DNA from: a virus
Taxonomy: Duplodnaviria > Caudoviricetes
IMG/VR virus record: IMGVR_UViG_3300046170_000029
Coordinates: 1-53,877 of that record
DNA length: 53,877 bases
Strand: one strand, 5' to 3'
In this document: positions 50,207 through 53,877 of the stretch, piece by piece
How the letters are laid out: every line of letters begins with the position of its first letter
How positions within the stretch are numbered: position 1 is the stretch's first letter
The notes under the pieces: model-generated
Database searches by the model: none
Seen by the model: only the letters and a program-made list of their open reading frames with translations
What the model was told of the DNA's origin: nothing
Made by a program: the position numbers and the translations under genes

Positions 50207-50589
50207 TGAAAGCATATCTAATTGATACTAAGTATGAGTTAATTACAGAAGTAGATGTTAAAGATTATTATCATAAGCTAGAGTTACTTAACTGTAGAAT
50301 GTTAGAAGTATATCCATATAACTTGAATGGCAATGACATATGGGTAGACGAAGAAGGCAATCTAAAAGAAAGTAATTACTTTGCTGAACTTGATGTAGAT
50401 AACGAAGGCATAGCTAACTATGTTATAAGTGGCAATGCACTAGTGCTTAGTTGTGATGACGAAGGTAACTCTGCAGATGTTAAAGACTTGACTCTTGAGG
50501 AATTAAAATCTAGGATTAAGTTTCATGGTAGGAGATTTATTGAACACAATGGATATGGTTTTACCACAAGGGCATGGGAAGATGCCTAA
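50206..50589 (+). CDS. DUF3846-like protein
   Basis: IWVDEEG..ISGNALV...DEG..D motif. Confidence 0.6.
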   Translation: MKAYLIDTKYELITEVDVKDYYHKLELLNCRMLEVYPYNLNGNDIWVDEEGNLKESNYFAELDVDNEGIANYVISGNALVLSCDDEGNSADVKDLTLEELKSRIKFHGRRFIEHNGYGFTTRAWEDA

Positions 50590-50667
50590 CGACAAGGATA
50601 CAATGATTGTGCTTATTATTAGCACATTTGTTGTGTTATATTTTTCATGTTACATAGGAGTATAAGT

Positions 50668-51888
50668 ATGAATGTATTAAGTTTATTTGATGGTTGTAGT
50701 GGTGGTCAACTTGCCTTGCAGAGGGCGGGTATCCACGTAGATAACTACTATGCAAGTGAGATTGATAAGTATGCAATCAAAGTGACACAAGCTAACTTTC
50801 CTAACACTATTCAGCTAGGAGATGTTACACAAGTAAATCCTAGTGAAAGAGGTATGGGTGTTGACTATGCCTTAGACTATGACCCACCTATTGATTTGCT
50901 TATGGGTGGTTCGCCTTGTCAAGGATTCTCATTCGCAGGACATCAGCTTAACTTTGATGACCCACGTAGTAAGTTATTCTTTGACTTCATACGTATACGA
51001 GATGAGTGTAAGCCTAAGTATGTACTGCTAGAGAATGTACGAATGGCTAAGAAATCTCAAGATGTAATATCTGAGTATATGGGATTTGAACCACAAGTAT
51101 TGAACTCAAGTAAAGTGTCAGCACAAAACAGATACAGATTATATTGGTTTGGTAGACTATACTATGATGTTGAAGATGACTTTGAACACTATCCTAAGTA
51201 CGAGCAGATAACTATACCACCTATAATTGACAAGGGTATTACTATGCAAGACATACTAGAGGATGGCTATGCTACAGATGAGATGACTAGCAATGGCAAG
51301 TCTCATTGTCTTACTGCAAGATATAATGGTGCAGTATGGTGGAATAGTATTGAACGTAAACAACGTACTATGGTACTCAAGGATAACCCTACCATGTCCA
51401 AAGATGGATTGATTAGGGTAGGTACTGCTGACCTCAAAGGACACGACTCAATCAAGCGAGTGTATGCACAAGAAGGCAAAGCACCTACCCTTACCACCAT
51501 GCAAGGTGGACACAGAGAACCAAAGGTTGCAGTAGGTAGGATTGTTAATCGTAGATTAGATGAGCAAGGTACTAGGAAAGATGACCAACTTGAGCTACCT
51601 TATACAAGACAGATAGAAGTTCGCAAAGATGAGAAGTCTAATTGTCTCACTACTGTACAAAAAGATAATGTGCTAGTGTCTAAAGATATGTGGAGAAAGC
51701 TAACACCCCTAGAGTGTGAACGATTGCAGACATTACCTGATAACTACACCAATCATGTATCCAACTCACAGAGATATAAGATGATTGGAAATGGGTGGAC
51801 AGTTGATGTGATTGCACATATACTCAAGGGCATACCATTAGCTGAGACATGGCATGAAATGTATAACAATAATAAGGAGTATGTATAA
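50668..51888 (+). CDS. C5-cytosine DNA methyltransferase
   Basis: LSLFDGCSGG (motif I), GGSPCQGFS (IV), LLENV (VI), QNRYR (VIII), LTPLECERLQT (IX), IGNGW (X). Confidence 0.92.
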   Translation: MNVLSLFDGCSGGQLALQRAGIHVDNYYASEIDKYAIKVTQANFPNTIQLGDVTQVNPSERGMGVDYALDYDPPIDLLMGGSPCQGFSFAGHQLNFDDPRSKLFFDFIRIRDECKPKYVLLENVRMAKKSQDVISEYMGFEPQVLNSSKVSAQNRYRLYWFGRLYYDVEDDFEHYPKYEQITIPPIIDKGITMQDILEDGYATDEMTSNGKSHCLTARYNGAVWWNSIERKQRTMVLKDNPTMSKDGLIRVGTADLKGHDSIKRVYAQEGKAPTLTTMQGGHREPKVAVGRIVNRRLDEQGTRKDDQLELPYTRQIEVRKDEKSNCLTTVQKDNVLVSKDMWRKLTPLECERLQTLPDNYTNHVSNSQRYKMIGNGWTVDVIAHILKGIPLAETWHEMYNNNKEYV

Positions 51889-52322
51889 TGATTGAAGCAC
51901 TCATGTGTCTAGCACTCAATGTCTACCATGAAGCTAAGAACCAAAGTTTCATAGGGCAAGTAGCAGTAGCACAAGTTGTTATGAATAGGGTAAAGGATGA
52001 AAGGTATCCTAACAATGTATGTGACGTAGTTAAACAAGGCTTAACATACAAATGGAATCCATCTATACCTATCAAGAACAAATGCCAATTCAGTTGGTAT
52101 TGTGATGGCAAGAGTGACAAGCCTAAGAACAAGCAAGCTATCAAGCAAGCATTGAAAGTTGCAAGTGGTGTATACAAGGGTAACCTAGATGACTTTGTTG
52201 AAGGTGCGACACACTACCATGCCTACTATGTGAATCCTAGTTGGGCAGAGACTAAGACTTATGTAACAAGAATAGATGACCACATATTTTATAGGTGGGA
52301 TATTGAAAGGAGTAATAAATGA
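51888..52322 (+). CDS. Cell wall hydrolase (SleB/Hydrolase_2)
   Basis: CLALNVYHEA, AVAQVVMNRV, CQFSW, GATHYHA.YV.P.W, HIFY. Confidence 0.9.
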   Translation: MIEALMCLALNVYHEAKNQSFIGQVAVAQVVMNRVKDERYPNNVCDVVKQGLTYKWNPSIPIKNKCQFSWYCDGKSDKPKNKQAIKQALKVASGVYKGNLDDFVEGATHYHAYYVNPSWAETKTYVTRIDDHIFYRWDIERSNK

Positions 52323-52450
52323 CACGTGAAGATAAGATAAAGTTTATTATCAGACAAGAAAGATTAGCAGGAAATCTTTGGAAATGGATTGAAGAAGCTG
52401 ATGATGAAACAGTAAATGATTTGTATGATTATTGGACACAGGAGTTATAA
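52319..52450 (+). CDS. Small hypothetical protein (43 aa, not in ORF track)
   Basis: AAGGAG RBS; MTREDKIKFIIRQERLAG... Confidence 0.5.
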   Translation: MTREDKIKFIIRQERLAGNLWKWIEEADDETVNDLYDYWTQEL

Positions 52451-52451
52451 C

Positions 52452-52961
52452 ATGAATAGATTTATAATAGAACAAACACCACGTGAAATAGCATCATCTC
52501 TATGTGACCAACACGTAGTAAAGATGCCACTTGAAGAAGCACAGATGCTATGCACTACACTATGGCATCATGCACCTGACTATGCAGAGGAGCATGGCTT
52601 GTACAAACCTGTTCATCAGAAGCACCCTTGCACACTATGGGCAATGGAATGTCAACTTAATTACATATGGGCATTTGGTTTGTATGATGCTATGTTGACT
52701 GAGTACACTAGAAGATATAAAAAAATACATGGTGCAGTCAAACATTTTACACCCCTATGGGAAGGTAGAAAGTTTGTGCCTGATTGGAAGAACTTTATAA
52801 CACCACACCCACAATGCTTTAGTGGGCATGATGAACTCAAGACAGATGAGAGCTTTCCTATTGAAGCATATCGTGCATTTTATAAAGTTGACAAACTTAA
52901 ATTTGCTAGGTATAAGTATACACAGAAACCACAATGGCTAGAGGAGAAACAGATTGCCTAA
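52452..52961 (+). CDS. Pyrimidine dimer DNA glycosylase/endonuclease V-like protein
   Basis: MNRF..CDQHVVKMPLE.AQML.T..YKP.H..HPCT.W..EY..RY.K.H..AYR.FY..K. Confidence 0.75.
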   Translation: MNRFIIEQTPREIASSLCDQHVVKMPLEEAQMLCTTLWHHAPDYAEEHGLYKPVHQKHPCTLWAMECQLNYIWAFGLYDAMLTEYTRRYKKIHGAVKHFTPLWEGRKFVPDWKNFITPHPQCFSGHDELKTDESFPIEAYRAFYKVDKLKFARYKYTQKPQWLEEKQIA

Positions 52962-53283
52962 ATTAGCAACAAGTAGGACAGGAGATGTAACTGAATTAGA
53001 AGTGGCTACTCATTTTTTGAAACAAGGATATGAAGTATTCAGAAATATGGGTAGCACAGGACTAATAGATATAGTTGTAGTATGTCCTAAGACTAAAGAG
53101 ATATTGTTATATGATGTTAAGACTACAACTGAATATAAAGATAAAGAGGGTGTAACTACTGTCTATGCCAATACATCTACAGAGGAACAAAGAAAGTTAG
53201 GTGTAGAGGTAGTAGCACTATACAAAGGAAAAATATATACAGACCCAATTAGAATAAAGGAGAGATTTACAGATGAAAATTAA
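52954..53283 (+). CDS. PD-(D/E)xK nuclease-fold protein (Hjc-like)
   Basis: GD..E..V..FLKQGYEVF..G.IDIV..YDVKT. Confidence 0.65.
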   Translation: MPKLATSRTGDVTELEVATHFLKQGYEVFRNMGSTGLIDIVVVCPKTKEILLYDVKTTTEYKDKEGVTTVYANTSTEEQRKLGVEVVALYKGKIYTDPIRIKERFTDEN

Positions 53284-53877
53284 ACAATTAATTAAAATAG
53301 CAGAAGCAATAAATGGTAAGTTACCTGCAGATATGTATGAGTTAGATGAGATAGAACATCATTCTTTTCATAGAGATGAACCCATAAAAATCGCTGACAT
53401 GGATGTTGTGTATTTAGTCAGAGCATTTAGACATCAGGAACGTATGTTAAATAGGCAAGTAGGTGTTACAGATACAGCACTTAAGATAGCTAAGGAACGT
53501 GACATGTGGAAAGAGAAAGCCATGAACATGGTAGAGAAACACTCATTCAATAAAGTTAAAGATGCTCTAGCTGAATTGAATAGACAACCAACTGTTAAAG
53601 CAGAAGCCTATGACATAGCATGGAAAGAAGTTGACAGGGCTAATGCAAGGGCAAATATGTGGAAGAAAGAGTATGAGAAGGCTACATCTAAAAAGGGTTG
53701 TAACTATGTATTCAGCGAGATACCTAATGACACAGAAGGTCAAGAGTTTGTAGACACTATGAAGAAGTATCTCAACAAAGAATCTTACAAGATGAGAGTA
53801 AGAGGGCAACATGTCAAGGAAGAACTCAAGGGTACAGGTGCTACCTATTGGGGTCAAGGCTTGAATGAGTCATCTCA
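53273..53877 (+). CDS. Hypothetical protein, 3'-truncated by window end (not in ORF track)
   Basis: AAGGAG RBS; MKIKQLIKIAEAING... frame stays open to the end. Confidence 0.65.
   Translation, partial: MKIKQLIKIAEAINGKLPADMYELDEIEHHSFHRDEPIKIADMDVVYLVRAFRHQERMLNRQVGVTDTALKIAKERDMWKEKAMNMVEKHSFNKVKDALAELNRQPTVKAEAYDIAWKEVDRANARANMWKKEYEKATSKKGCNYVFSEIPNDTEGQEFVDTMKKYLNKESYKMRVRGQHVKEELKGTGATYWGQGLNESS

Noticed and set aside
275-53857. Numerous antisense and alternate-frame ORFs in the track (e.g. 1276-1638, 11549-11908, 29316-29741, 37813-38259, 44019-44504, 49251-49778, 53567-53857)
   Set aside because: They fully overlap well-supported genes, oppose the local transcription direction or lack an RBS, and show shadow-ORF composition.
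1-53877. tRNA genes, attP site, phage RNA polymerase, introns/inteins
   Set aside because: None recognisable by eye. attP may lie in the segment missing between the window end and the integrase start; tRNAscan-SE was not run.

Overview
Near-complete ~54 kb genome of a tailed dsDNA phage. It has the hallmarks of the HMO-2011-type marine podoviruses of SAR116/Roseobacter-group Alphaproteobacteria: tyrosine integrase, split primase/helicase, a family A DNA polymerase with a DnaJ-like CxxCxGxG zinc-finger insertion, class II RNR and MazG, with no recognisable RNA polymerase. Layout: replication/nucleotide module on + (1-11195); morphogenesis, packaging and lysis on - (11227-46021); a divergent ~900 bp non-coding control/terminus region (46022-46921); early/accessory genes on + (46922-end). 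The window opens inside the integrase and ends inside an early gene. Nine genes are split by single-base insertions, most likely sequencing errors. The standout observation is a compact graspetide-type ATP-grasp ligase gene (20073-20840) directly upstream of a 1061-aa putative internal virion protein. That protein's N-terminal region carries seven plesiocin-like (T/K/x)TxAxGE(D/E) core repeats, suggesting a phage-encoded RiPP-like macrocyclisation system acting on a virion protein. Other notable signals: two covarying hairpins with an identical 25-nt core in the early region, shared [MYFL]xxGG and GL(M/L/A)(A/S)(R/K) motifs across late proteins, a split DUF5872-like gene and a tiny metallothionein-like ORF. 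All family assignments come from motif recognition by eye; no database searches were run.
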